A stretch of 64,000 nt of DNA, from the NCBI GenBank assembly GCA_021824345.1, contig JAKAKW010000012.1, positions 1,491 through 65,490 on the forward strand, in the 5' to 3' direction. This stretch comes from a bacterium (GTDB lineage Bacteria > Patescibacteriota > Minisyncoccia > Phycocordibacterales > UBA9973). Positions 28,334-37,051 of this stretch are shown piece by piece. Both the position numbers and the translations under genes were made by a program. The notes under the pieces are model-generated. The model was not told the origin of the DNA, searched no databases, and saw only the letters and a list, made by a program, of their open reading frames with translations. The number at the start of each line of letters is the position of its first letter. Position 1 is the first letter of the stretch.

Positions 28334-29863
28334 TTAGGCGAAGCCGGGGAAGAAATCTTTTTTCACGCGGGAATCGGATACCCCGATGTTTTTTAGCGCG
28401 TTTTCAAAGCCGGATACCATTGAATGGGATCCTGATACATAAAAAGTCCGTTCATCCAGGTCTGGAATTTCTTCCAATACCATTTCCGGATTTATTCTTC
28501 CTCTTCTGCCTTTCCAGCTTGCGGGAATGTTTTGAAGATCGGTCAAAACGTATACCGTGCGTATGCCGAGTTCGTCCCTGGCGCGATCCAGAACGTCCGC
28601 GTAGGCCACATCATCCGCCGTATTGTTGGCGTACATTATTACGATGTCCCGCTTCTCTTTCTTGTCCAGAAGATATTGGATCATGCTGCGGAAGGGAGTG
28701 ACCCCGATGCCGCCGGCCACGAAAACAAGTTTTTTCTTTTTGTTCTTGGGCAGGGTGAAATCTCCCGCGCGCTGGGAAGCGATTATTTCTTCTCCGGGGC
28801 GCAGAGCTATCAATCTTTTTTTGAAGCTGCTGGGTTTCGGATAGAATTTCACTCCTATGATTATGTCTTTCTCGGTAGGAGAAGAGGCGATGGTAAAATA
28901 TCGGCGATTGCCGCGGCTGTCCGCTCCGTCATCCGGCACGGTCCATTCTAAGTATTGCCCGGGGCGGAAATTTATCTTCCTGTTCGAGGCGAATTCAAAA
29001 TTGTACGTGTTGTTCGCCACCTTCCGCACTTTTTTCAGTTTTAAAATCAGTTTTTCTTTCGGGCTTACCAGGTACGAGAAAATGTTTCCAACAACCAAGG
29101 CAAGCTCCGGAGTGGAATATATCGATCCGATGTGCATCATCGGCGAAAACAAAAATCCCGTCAATATTCCGTAAATGATGCGCAGGCTCCTGGTGGGAGG
29201 AGTGGTCAGCGGTTCAGTCAGCATTACGGTGGCGAAGAAGAAAAGGGGAGTGGCCGACATTATGCGCCACACATTGGAGAACACGTCCGAACCGTTCATC
29301 ACGGCCGATCCCGCGATAACCAGGATCATGGTTGCGATGAAGCTAAGCACCAGATCGGAGCGCTGGATTTTTCGAGTAATAAGAAAACCGCCCAGAAGGG
29401 CGAAGGGAAGCATGTAAAGGGTGCCCACCCACCAGCTGGCGGATCCGCCGAAAGCAAAGGCCGTTATCGCCACAGATATGGCGGCCGGATTAAAAATATG
29501 CTTCTTGCCTATGGCAAAAATGTATTTTGAGGCCATGGAGAGCACGGAAGCCCAGAAGGCCAAAGGAAGGAAAACGGCGCTGTTGGCGGATGAAAAAGGA
29601 GTAATAATCAAGGCCAAAATCAGCGCGGTAATGTACGCTGATTCCACATTTGCCGGAACTTTGAACACTTTGGCAAAAACAATGTTTGTGATCAGGCAGA
29701 CGGCGGAAATAAAAAAGACGGAAAAAAGCACCGCCACGGGATTGTAAGGAAGAAGCCCGAAGGAAGAAAAAAGAACGGCCGTGAGCGCCAGTCCGAGCAG
29801 GACATACAGCACCAGGCGGTACATCGTTATTTTATTTAAAAAATTATCTACCAGCTCAAGCAT
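28334..29863 (-). CDS. Polytopic membrane protein with C-terminal ferredoxin-NADP-reductase-like FAD/NAD-binding domain
   Basis: About 260 aa of TM helices, then an FNR-like module (RPGQYLEW...RYFTIASSP; LVFVAGGIGVTPF). Confidence 0.6.
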   Translation of the reverse strand: MLELVDNFLNKITMYRLVLYVLLGLALTAVLFSSFGLLPYNPVAVLFSVFFISAVCLITNIVFAKVFKVPANVESAYITALILALIITPFSSANSAVFLPLAFWASVLSMASKYIFAIGKKHIFNPAAISVAITAFAFGGSASWWVGTLYMLPFALLGGFLITRKIQRSDLVLSFIATMILVIAGSAVMNGSDVFSNVWRIMSATPLFFFATVMLTEPLTTPPTRSLRIIYGILTGFLFSPMMHIGSIYSTPELALVVGNIFSYLVSPKEKLILKLKKVRKVANNTYNFEFASNRKINFRPGQYLEWTVPDDGADSRGNRRYFTIASSPTEKDIIIGVKFYPKPSSFKKRLIALRPGEEIIASQRAGDFTLPKNKKKKLVFVAGGIGVTPFRSMIQYLLDKKEKRDIVIMYANNTADDVAYADVLDRARDELGIRTVYVLTDLQNIPASWKGRRGRINPEMVLEEIPDLDERTFYVSGSHSMVSGFENALKNIGVSDSRVKKDFFPGFA

Positions 29864-29865
29864 GA

Positions 29866-30756
29866 TTAGTTGCGTCGGCGGCCGGTACTCGAGAACTTTC
29901 CTCTCGGGGCCTGCCCCTGGCCCGCTTCGCCCAGCGCCGCCTCTCGCGCCGCCGCGTTGCTAGAGGCGGCGCTGGAAAATGTTTCCGGACTCCGGTCGTT
30001 GTTTGAAAATTTTTCGAAATTGCTGGTGAACGTGGCTATGCCTCGGCGGTCTACCATGTATCCTTCAAACCCTTTCAATTTTTCCAGGAAATAAATTCCG
30101 AAAGGTCCCATGGCAAAAGCGGCGGTGGCAAAGCGATCCGCTTCATAAGCGTCCGGGCCGATTACCGTGACGCTCACTATTTCCGAAAGCGAATCATCTC
30201 TTTTTTGGGGATTATATATGTGCGATCCTCTGGCATAAGTGCCGGAAGTGGCCATTCCGTTTTTTCCGGTGTCTCCGCCCAAAGAGACCACTTTAATGAT
30301 TTCCTTTTCCGGGCTGAACGGATTGCGAATGCCGATTTTCCACGGTTCGCCTTTTTGATTCACTCCGCGGGCCTCAATGTCTCCGCCGGCATTTATGTAA
30401 AAATTATCGTATCCGTCTCCGGAAAGAATATCGGCTGCGGTTTTAATGGCCCATCCTTTGACTATGCCCGAAGGATCCAGCTTTCCATCCGAGGCGCGGA
30501 TGTCGAAATATCCGCTCGTCTCTTTCCTTGTTTTCTCGGCCAGGGAGAGCACCGCCAGCATGTCCGGACTGTATTCGGATTCTTTTATTTCCCCCCGGTT
30601 GATCCGGCTGATCTCGCTTTCCTTTTTGTATGTGCTGAATTTCCCGTCTACGTAAGCGAAATGCCCGAAGACCTTTGCAAGGGCGTCCTTATGCTTCCGC
30701 CGATCGGCGATTTCCACGGAAATGTTCATGCCCATTATTGTTCGCGTCAATTTCAT
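29866..30756 (-). CDS. apbE: FAD:protein FMN transferase (ApbE family)
   Basis: TIMGMNISVEI N-terminal motif. Conserved GGD and SGTYARG regions. Low-complexity C-terminal tail. Confidence 0.8.
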   Translation of the reverse strand: MKLTRTIMGMNISVEIADRRKHKDALAKVFGHFAYVDGKFSTYKKESEISRINRGEIKESEYSPDMLAVLSLAEKTRKETSGYFDIRASDGKLDPSGIVKGWAIKTAADILSGDGYDNFYINAGGDIEARGVNQKGEPWKIGIRNPFSPEKEIIKVVSLGGDTGKNGMATSGTYARGSHIYNPQKRDDSLSEIVSVTVIGPDAYEADRFATAAFAMGPFGIYFLEKLKGFEGYMVDRRGIATFTSNFEKFSNNDRSPETFSSAASSNAAAREAALGEAGQGQAPRGKFSSTGRRRN

Positions 30757-30768
30757 GGATTGTTTATG

Positions 30769-31377
30769 CTATCCGTTCAAGGCCTGAGTCAAAGCGGAAG
30801 AAAGAGACTGCCGGAATGCTCCGCTTGAATCAGTGGCCCCGGAAACGGTGTTTACATTCGCGCTCTGCGCGGCGACGGCTTCGGATTTAAGATACGGCAT
30901 GGCGTAACTGTTGATGAAGCGGGAAGTGCTGCGGTCGTTCGGGTATTGCAGAAATTGCACATCGACTAATTTTCCGCCTTGGATTACCGCTTCAACCTGT
31001 ATATTGCCGTAATAAGCGTCGGCTACCGGGCCTATGAAAGCGCCGTCCTTGTATTTTGACATCATTCCGGACATCCCGGATCGCCCCATGGAATTTCCGC
31101 CGGCCATGCCTTGCCCGACGGACGATGATCTTCCGGAGAACCCGTTGCCCGATCCGCTTCCGGAAGAGACGGAATTGGCGGTTTGCGCTTGAACTTGATA
31201 GGCGGACCTTCCTTTGGAAGACTGGCCTGCGGGAGCCGGAATGAAGGGCTGGGCGCTGGACGCGATCTGAGCCGAGGAGGAAGAAGGATTTCCGATATTC
31301 TGATACAGAATGTAAAATCCGAAAGTTCCGACAACCAGTATGGATAAAATGTATTTCTTTTTCATTATTTTGAACAC
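30769..31377 (-). CDS. Membrane-anchored FMN-binding domain protein (probable flavinylation target)
   Basis: N-terminal TM helix, Ser/Gly-rich linker, then an FMN_bind domain with the flavinylation motif TVSGATDSS (the threonine that ApbE enzymes typically modify). Confidence 0.7.
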   Translation of the reverse strand: MFKIMKKKYILSILVVGTFGFYILYQNIGNPSSSSAQIASSAQPFIPAPAGQSSKGRSAYQVQAQTANSVSSGSGSGNGFSGRSSSVGQGMAGGNSMGRSGMSGMMSKYKDGAFIGPVADAYYGNIQVEAVIQGGKLVDVQFLQYPNDRSTSRFINSYAMPYLKSEAVAAQSANVNTVSGATDSSGAFRQSLSSALTQALNG

Positions 31378-31452
31378 AAGGCGGGAAAAAGAGCTAAATT
31401 TCCCGCCTTGCGCTTATATATACGAGCGTATTCTATTTTTATTTCATCCAGC

Positions 31453-32157
31453 TTAGAATTTTCCTACGCCGTGCGCTTCTATGACGGAAGGATCGGACAT
31501 GGAACCGAAAACATACACCCGTTCACCGACTTCGAAAGCCGGAGATCCCGGAGGCAGAATCACAATGTGCGTGCCTTCGTCCTTGTCGCTGTCCTTATCA
31601 TCGTGTCGAATGGTTATGCGGTCGGGCTGTACCGCGGACACTATTCCGCGGAAGATTCCGGATTCCGAGTGGGAATTGTGAATGCTCTCGTATGTGTCGC
31701 CGATTATGGGCAGTTCGCCTCGGTCCGCCATGCGCAAGAGAGATCCGTGCAGGGGAGTGAAATTTGCCGCGAGGCCCAGCAAACTTGAAGCGATGAAAAT
31801 AGCGAGAAAGACCGAAAGCAGAGAAACGCGATAGCCTATCTTCCAGCCCTGCAGAAGCCATTCTAGAAGAGTCAATATCAGCACATCCAGAGCAAGCAGG
31901 GTCCAAGGGAAGAGAGACAAAAAGGTGAGAATGCCGCGGCTGCCGAAGCCCAGCAGAAATTGCTCTCCGCTTTCATGAATACTGAACAATATGAAGCTGA
32001 CGACAAATACTGAAACGGCCAGAGCGACAAGGGCGACAAGGATGGTGATGGCAAGCCGGAAAACAAAATACGACTGCGACCGCGCCCGCACCGCGCCCGA
32101 GCGCACCTTTTGGAGCACTTCATCCTTTATATTTTTTTCTAATTTTTCTTCATTCAT
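31453..32157 (-). CDS. Putative membrane anti-sigma factor
   Basis: Overlaps the stop of the ECF sigma gene by 8 nt. N-terminal cytoplasmic segment followed by TM helices. Confidence 0.45.
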   Translation of the reverse strand: MNEEKLEKNIKDEVLQKVRSGAVRARSQSYFVFRLAITILVALVALAVSVFVVSFILFSIHESGEQFLLGFGSRGILTFLSLFPWTLLALDVLILTLLEWLLQGWKIGYRVSLLSVFLAIFIASSLLGLAANFTPLHGSLLRMADRGELPIIGDTYESIHNSHSESGIFRGIVSAVQPDRITIRHDDKDSDKDEGTHIVILPPGSPAFEVGERVYVFGSMSDPSVIEAHGVGKF

Positions 32158-32731
32158 AATAATCTTTCGGGATTTTCTTTTTCAGCGCTTCCCTGGCGCG
32201 GGAAAGACGAATTCCCACCGTGCCGACCGGCAGGTGCAGAATGTCCGCAATTTCCTTATAACTGAAATTCTCAAAATAGTACAGGTCGATTATTTCCCGA
32301 TAGGCCGGCGGAAGATTTTTTATTTCCTTATTCAATAATACGCCCATTTCCTCTTTTTCTTTCCTGTCCACCGGTTCTTCCTCTTCGTGCAAAACATGCG
32401 GGATGATCCTGTTCCAGTCAAAAACCGGTATAGGTTCTTTGGTTTTTTTGCGCAGAACGTCCACGAAAGCGTTGTGGGCGATGCGGTATATCCACGGGGA
32501 GAACCTCCGGACCGCGTCGAAATCCCCGATGTTTCGGTACACGGTTATGAAAATGTCTTGCACCGCGTCTCCGATGTTGTCTTCGTAGGGCAGAAGCTTT
32601 TTGCCATACCTGATCATTTTTCCGGTATAGCGATCCATAAGTTCGGCGAAGGCTCCTTCGTCTCCTTTTTGCGCTCGCACTGCAAGCTCTTCATCTGTGG
32701 GGAATTCCGGCATAAAAGATACATTATACAC
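32150..32731 (-). CDS. ECF-subfamily RNA polymerase sigma-70 factor
   Basis: Region 2 (DAVQDIFITVY, RIAHNAFVD) and region 4 helix-turn-helix (SYKEIADILHLPVGTVGIRLSRAR). Confidence 0.8.
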   Translation of the reverse strand: MYNVSFMPEFPTDEELAVRAQKGDEGAFAELMDRYTGKMIRYGKKLLPYEDNIGDAVQDIFITVYRNIGDFDAVRRFSPWIYRIAHNAFVDVLRKKTKEPIPVFDWNRIIPHVLHEEEEPVDRKEKEEMGVLLNKEIKNLPPAYREIIDLYYFENFSYKEIADILHLPVGTVGIRLSRAREALKKKIPKDYYE

Positions 32732-32765
32732 TACATGAGGCCGACAGCATGGTCCGGGCTCTCGA

Positions 32766-32789
32766 GGGGCGGAGGGTTACCCCCGCCCC
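32766..32789. repeat. Family-A palindromic element variant GGGGCGGAGGGTTACCCCCGCCCC
   Basis: Between the ABC permease stop and the sigma factor start. Confidence 0.5.
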
Positions 32790-32816
32790 CTAGACGCCTT
32801 CAGCATATGTGGCGCG

Positions 32817-34049
32817 CTATTCGTAACGCAGGGCGTCTATGGGGTTTTTCTTTCCGGCCTTTCTGGCGGGATAAATACCGAAAGCGATTCCGGCTCCGGC
32901 CGATACGAACAGAGCCAAGCCCACCGCTCCGGGAGGAAAGGCGAAAACCCAGGCAATAGAGAAGAAGCGCGTAAGCGCGAAATATGCGAGTCCGACCACC
33001 GCCGCTCCGATGGCGATGCCGATGATTCCTCCGGTGAAAGTAAGCAAAACCGATTCGATTAAAAATTGCTTCAGAATGTCTCTGTCCGTGGCTCCCACCG
33101 CCTTGCGCAGGCCGATCTCTTTTGTGCGCTCGGTCACCGAAACGAGCATAATGTTCATTATTCCGATTCCTCCCACGATGAGGGATATGGCGGCGATGGC
33201 GGACAGGAAAAGCGTCAGAATGGAAGTGATGTTCCCCAGAGTCTTTAGAGCGTCTTCCATTGATTGCACGGTGAAGTCGTCTTTTGCGGGATCCGTGATG
33301 TGATGGTTTTGGCGAAGCACGGAAATTATGCGTTCTTTCACGAAACCGGTCGTATACGCCGGATCGGATTTCACGTCGACTTCCTGATAGTAATCCACTC
33401 CCAGTATTTGTTTTTGGCCTACGGTGAGGGGAATGACCGCATAATTGTCAAAACTGAAAATGCCCGCTCCCTTCGGATCAAGAACTCCCGTGACGAGGAA
33501 ATTGAAATCTTTCAGCCGGACATACTTTCCGAGAGGGCTTACGTTTCCGAAAAGATCCTTTGCCAGCTGGGAACCCAGAATAATGACTTTGTTGTACGAA
33601 TTCAAATCGGCGTCGGTGAATGGGTGCCCGCTTTGAAACGACAAGTTTATCATTTTAAACATGCTCGGATCGGTGGCGGACCAAAGCACTGATTTGCTTT
33701 TGTTTCCATAAATGATGGTGGCTTGCCCGGTAACGTTAGCCGACACAAGTTTGACTGAAGGCTCTTTTGAAATGCTGTTTACGTCCTGCTTTACCAGAGT
33801 TTTTATCACTACGCCGGCGGCTTGAGCCGGAGCGCCCCCGGCCACAGGCACGCCCGGGTTTATGCTGATCAGATCCGATCCGAATGATTGCACTTGTCCG
33901 ACAATGTAGTATTCGGCGGAAGCGCCCAAGGACATGACGATTATTACCGAAGCTATCCCTATAACGATGCCGAGCATGGTCAAGAGGGAGCGCATTTTGC
34001 CATGAGCCAGGGCGCGAGTTGAAGTTTTAAAGGCGTCTCGGAAAAGCAT
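32817..34049 (-). CDS. ABC transporter permease, MacB/FtsX-like
   Basis: TM1, large periplasmic domain, C-terminal three TM helices. Typical MacB-family layout. 410 aa. Confidence 0.8.
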   Translation of the reverse strand: MLFRDAFKTSTRALAHGKMRSLLTMLGIVIGIASVIIVMSLGASAEYYIVGQVQSFGSDLISINPGVPVAGGAPAQAAGVVIKTLVKQDVNSISKEPSVKLVSANVTGQATIIYGNKSKSVLWSATDPSMFKMINLSFQSGHPFTDADLNSYNKVIILGSQLAKDLFGNVSPLGKYVRLKDFNFLVTGVLDPKGAGIFSFDNYAVIPLTVGQKQILGVDYYQEVDVKSDPAYTTGFVKERIISVLRQNHHITDPAKDDFTVQSMEDALKTLGNITSILTLFLSAIAAISLIVGGIGIMNIMLVSVTERTKEIGLRKAVGATDRDILKQFLIESVLLTFTGGIIGIAIGAAVVGLAYFALTRFFSIAWVFAFPPGAVGLALFVSAGAGIAFGIYPARKAGKKNPIDALRYE

Positions 34050-34050
34050 G

Positions 34051-34758
34051 TTATTTCAAATCTCCGTTAATGCGCCGGCGGGAATCAATGGATTGGTCGC
34101 TTTCCACCGTCCCGTCCTTTATTCTGATAATTCTATCCGCAAACTCGGCAGTCTGCGTCTCGTGGGTCACCAATATTACGGTATGTCCTTTCTGATGCAA
34201 AGAGTCCAGAATTTCCATTACTTGCAATCCTGATTGGGAATCCAGGTTTCCCGTCGGCTCATCGGCAAAAATCACATCCGGTTCGGTTACCAGGGCTCGG
34301 GCAATGGCCACTCTTTGTTTTTGTCCTCCGGAGAGCTTGCCCGCTTCGGTATGGAGCTTTTCTTCCAAACCCACGGACTTTACCGCGCTCTCTACCAATT
34401 CCTTTCGTTTGGCCGGGGGCGTGTCCGAATAAAGAAGGGGAATCTCCACATTGTCATATACGGAAAGGCGGGCCAAAAGATTAAAGGATTGGAAGACAAA
34501 CCCCATTTCTTTGTTGCGGGCATAGGCAAGCTCTTTGTCGTTCATTTCATCGATGCCTTTACCTTGAAATTTGTACGACCCGCCGGTGGGGCGATCAAGG
34601 AAAGAGAGAATATGCAGGAGAGTTGATTTTCCGCTGCCTGACGGGCCCATAATGGATACGAATTCTCCTTTTCCAATGGAAAAAGTCACCCCGCGCAGGG
34701 CTTCAGTGGAGGTCCCGTCCTCAATGTATTCTTTCTTAAGATCGCGAACGTCAATCAT
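34051..34758 (-). CDS. ABC transporter ATP-binding protein (MacB/LolD-like)
   Basis: Walker [10 protein letters not shown], signature LSGGQKQRV, Walker [13 protein letters not shown]. Confidence 0.85.
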   Translation of the reverse strand: MIDVRDLKKEYIEDGTSTEALRGVTFSIGKGEFVSIMGPSGSGKSTLLHILSFLDRPTGGSYKFQGKGIDEMNDKELAYARNKEMGFVFQSFNLLARLSVYDNVEIPLLYSDTPPAKRKELVESAVKSVGLEEKLHTEAGKLSGGQKQRVAIARALVTEPDVIFADEPTGNLDSQSGLQVMEILDSLHQKGHTVILVTHETQTAEFADRIIRIKDGTVESDQSIDSRRRINGDLK

Positions 34759-36212
34759 TATTGCTTCAGGCCTATGTTGATCACTTGCTCTCCTTCGGAC
34801 ACTCCGGAAATGATTTCCGTATTGCCGTCCTTGTCCTGGATGCCCAGAGTTACCGGCACGTCTTTCGTGGTTTTGCCGGACAGAATTTGCACGAAAGTGC
34901 CGTTGTCGTTTTGCAGGATGGCATATTGCGGAAGAATCAGCACTCCATCCAAATGCTTGGTGTGGATGTCCGTGTTGGCGGTCAGTCCGCTCTTCAGGCG
35001 CGGATCAAGATTATCAAAAGATATCTTTACCAGGTAAGTGATCACTCCGTTAGTGTTGGTTTCGGCCGGGGCCACGTAAAAAACTTTGCCGGAGAAAGTT
35101 TCGTTCGGAAAAGCGTCCAGAGTCATGGTGACCGCATCGCCCATTTTTACTTTTCCGATGTCCGTTTCGGTTACGCCGGCGTCCACCTCGTATCCGCCGT
35201 CGGATATTATGGAAATAAGGGGAGTGTTAGTGGAAGCGAATTGTCCAACCTTCACGTCGAACTTTGTTACGGTTCCGCTCAAGGGGGCGATGATTTTTGC
35301 GTTCTGTATATTTGCGATGATCGCATCGACGTTCGCTTGCGCCTGGACCAGTTTTGCCTGATTTACCGCGTCGGTGTTGTTTGTGCCCACGTTCGCCTCT
35401 GCATTGGCGATGGCGGTGGCCCGAGTGGCCAGGGCGGTGTCATAATTTTTTAATGCCGCGGCATATCCGTTCCATCGCTTGTTCGGGATCTCGACTGTCC
35501 AAGTGCTGTATGCGTAGTCCTTGGGGGAAGTTGTGGAAGGGAAAGTGATAAAAAGGCCGTGGGTGCCCAGGGGTACGGCTATATTGGTCGTTGCCACGGA
35601 CATTCCGCTTTCCAGACCCGAATATGCGAAAGCTATTCCAGAGGAGGAATCCGCTGGATATACTTTTATTACATAGGATCCCTCTTCCGTGCCGGTGTAC
35701 GATCCGGAGATGGTCGGAGGCGGATTCGTATCCGAAGAATTGCTTGATACCGGAGCCAAGCCCGCGTACATGGCTTGTTTGGCGGCGGCCACCAGAGCAT
35801 TCTGTTCGGCGGTTACATTGGAGAGATTGTCGGAAGCGGAAGAAGCATTCTGTTCGGCTATGGTAAGGGCTGCTTCCGCGTTCTCCAGCTGAGCCGCCAG
35901 ATCACTCGTATTAAGTTCCGCCAGAACTTGTCCCGCATATACTTTTTTCCCAAGATCGGAATACGTGCGGGCCACGATGCCGCTTGACCCGAAAGCCAAG
36001 GAAACATCTTTTTCCGGAGTCGTATTGCCGGTAACGGAAACAGTTTGATCAAGCGAGCCGCGGTTTACAGTAATGAATTGGTAGGTTTTAGGATGATTAA
36101 AGAACAAAAACTTTGCTCCAACCAAAACGGCAATCAGGACTATGGCGGAAATGGTCCACTTTGACTTAAAAAAACGGCGGATTTTGGACGGCTTTTGCTC
36201 TTCTGGCGACAT
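34758..36212 (-). CDS. Periplasmic adaptor (membrane fusion protein, HlyD/MacA-like) with long insert
   Basis: N-terminal TM anchor. Coiled-coil segments. Beta-barrel/lipoyl-like C-terminal region (GTVTKFDVKVGQ...). Forms an operon with the ABC ATPase and permease. Confidence 0.7.
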   Translation of the reverse strand: MSPEEQKPSKIRRFFKSKWTISAIVLIAVLVGAKFLFFNHPKTYQFITVNRGSLDQTVSVTGNTTPEKDVSLAFGSSGIVARTYSDLGKKVYAGQVLAELNTSDLAAQLENAEAALTIAEQNASSASDNLSNVTAEQNALVAAAKQAMYAGLAPVSSNSSDTNPPPTISGSYTGTEEGSYVIKVYPADSSSGIAFAYSGLESGMSVATTNIAVPLGTHGLFITFPSTTSPKDYAYSTWTVEIPNKRWNGYAAALKNYDTALATRATAIANAEANVGTNNTDAVNQAKLVQAQANVDAIIANIQNAKIIAPLSGTVTKFDVKVGQFASTNTPLISIISDGGYEVDAGVTETDIGKVKMGDAVTMTLDAFPNETFSGKVFYVAPAETNTNGVITYLVKISFDNLDPRLKSGLTANTDIHTKHLDGVLILPQYAILQNDNGTFVQILSGKTTKDVPVTLGIQDKDGNTEIISGVSEGEQVINIGLKQ

Positions 36213-36308
36213 AAGAATTTTCCGTATAATTACGGATTAATGATATGTTTTAATTTTAGCTTTTTAGCGAGGAAAAGTCTAATTAAATTTTGAGCAAAGA
36301 GGGGGGAA

Positions 36309-36363
36309 GGCGGAGGGTAAGGGCGGAGGGTAACCCCTGCCTGCCGGCAGGCAGGCTCCGCCC
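36309..36363. repeat. Composite/nested Family-A palindromic element
   Basis: GGCGGAGGGTAA + GGGCGGAGGGTAACCCCT + inner palindrome GCCTGCCGGCAGGC + CTCCGCCC. Confidence 0.5.
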
Positions 36364-36386
36364 TGGACGCGGAGAAAAATCTGTGT

Positions 36387-36641
36387 TTAATCTATGATTT
36401 CAAAAACTTTATTTTTGGATGTATGGCCGGCAAGCAGGCGCACATTGGAAGAAGGAGCGTGAAAATATTCCGCCAAAACTCGGGCAATGGCGGCATTCGC
36501 CTTACCGCGCTCCGGCGCATCCTTTACAGAAACTTTGTAAGAGGGAAGTTCCGCCGTTTGTCCGTCCAGGCTAAGCTGGCGGTCCAATCTTTCCACTTTT
36601 TCTTCTTTTGCCCGTGTTTTTGCCTTTACCTGGATTTTCAT
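36387..36641 (-). CDS. DUF167 (YggU-like) family protein
   Basis: 84 aa. GKANAAIARVLAEYF...SSNVRLLAGHTSKNK matches the DUF167 signature. Confidence 0.6.
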   Translation of the reverse strand: MKIQVKAKTRAKEEKVERLDRQLSLDGQTAELPSYKVSVKDAPERGKANAAIARVLAEYFHAPSSNVRLLAGHTSKNKVFEIID

Positions 36642-37039
36642 GCGTTTTTCTTTCCCGTCCTCCTTTTTTCTTCATGTCTTCGGATGCCGGCCTCATCAAA
36701 ACCAAGGTGGTGTCCCACTTCATGCCGAACCACGTCAAAAACCATTTCTTTGAGTTTTTGCGGATTCTCTCCGGCAAGCTCTTCTATCGGACGCTGGAAA
36801 ATGGTGATCCTGTCAGGCAGAACGCCGGAGTATCCGGCTCCGCGGTGCGCTTTGGAAACTCCCTCATAAAGGCCCAAGAGAAGTTCTCCGCGCTTGATGC
36901 GCATTTCTTCCGCTTTCGCCGGGCGTACTTCCGGCTCCACGATGAATGCCACATTCTCCATGGCGCGTCTTCCTTCAGGCGGCAGATTATCCACCGCCTC
37001 GGCCACCAGCTTTTCAAAATCTTCTTGAGGAATGCGCAT
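36638..37039 (-). CDS. Zincin-like metallopeptidase family protein (DUF1025-like)
   Basis: HEVGHHLG HExxH motif. N-terminus (FEKLVAEAVDNLPPE...GVLPDRITIFQRPI) resembles actinobacterial DUF1025 proteins. Confidence 0.6.
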   Translation of the reverse strand: MRIPQEDFEKLVAEAVDNLPPEGRRAMENVAFIVEPEVRPAKAEEMRIKRGELLLGLYEGVSKAHRGAGYSGVLPDRITIFQRPIEELAGENPQKLKEMVFDVVRHEVGHHLGFDEAGIRRHEEKRRTGKKNA

Positions 37040-37051
37040 GAAAGTAATTTC

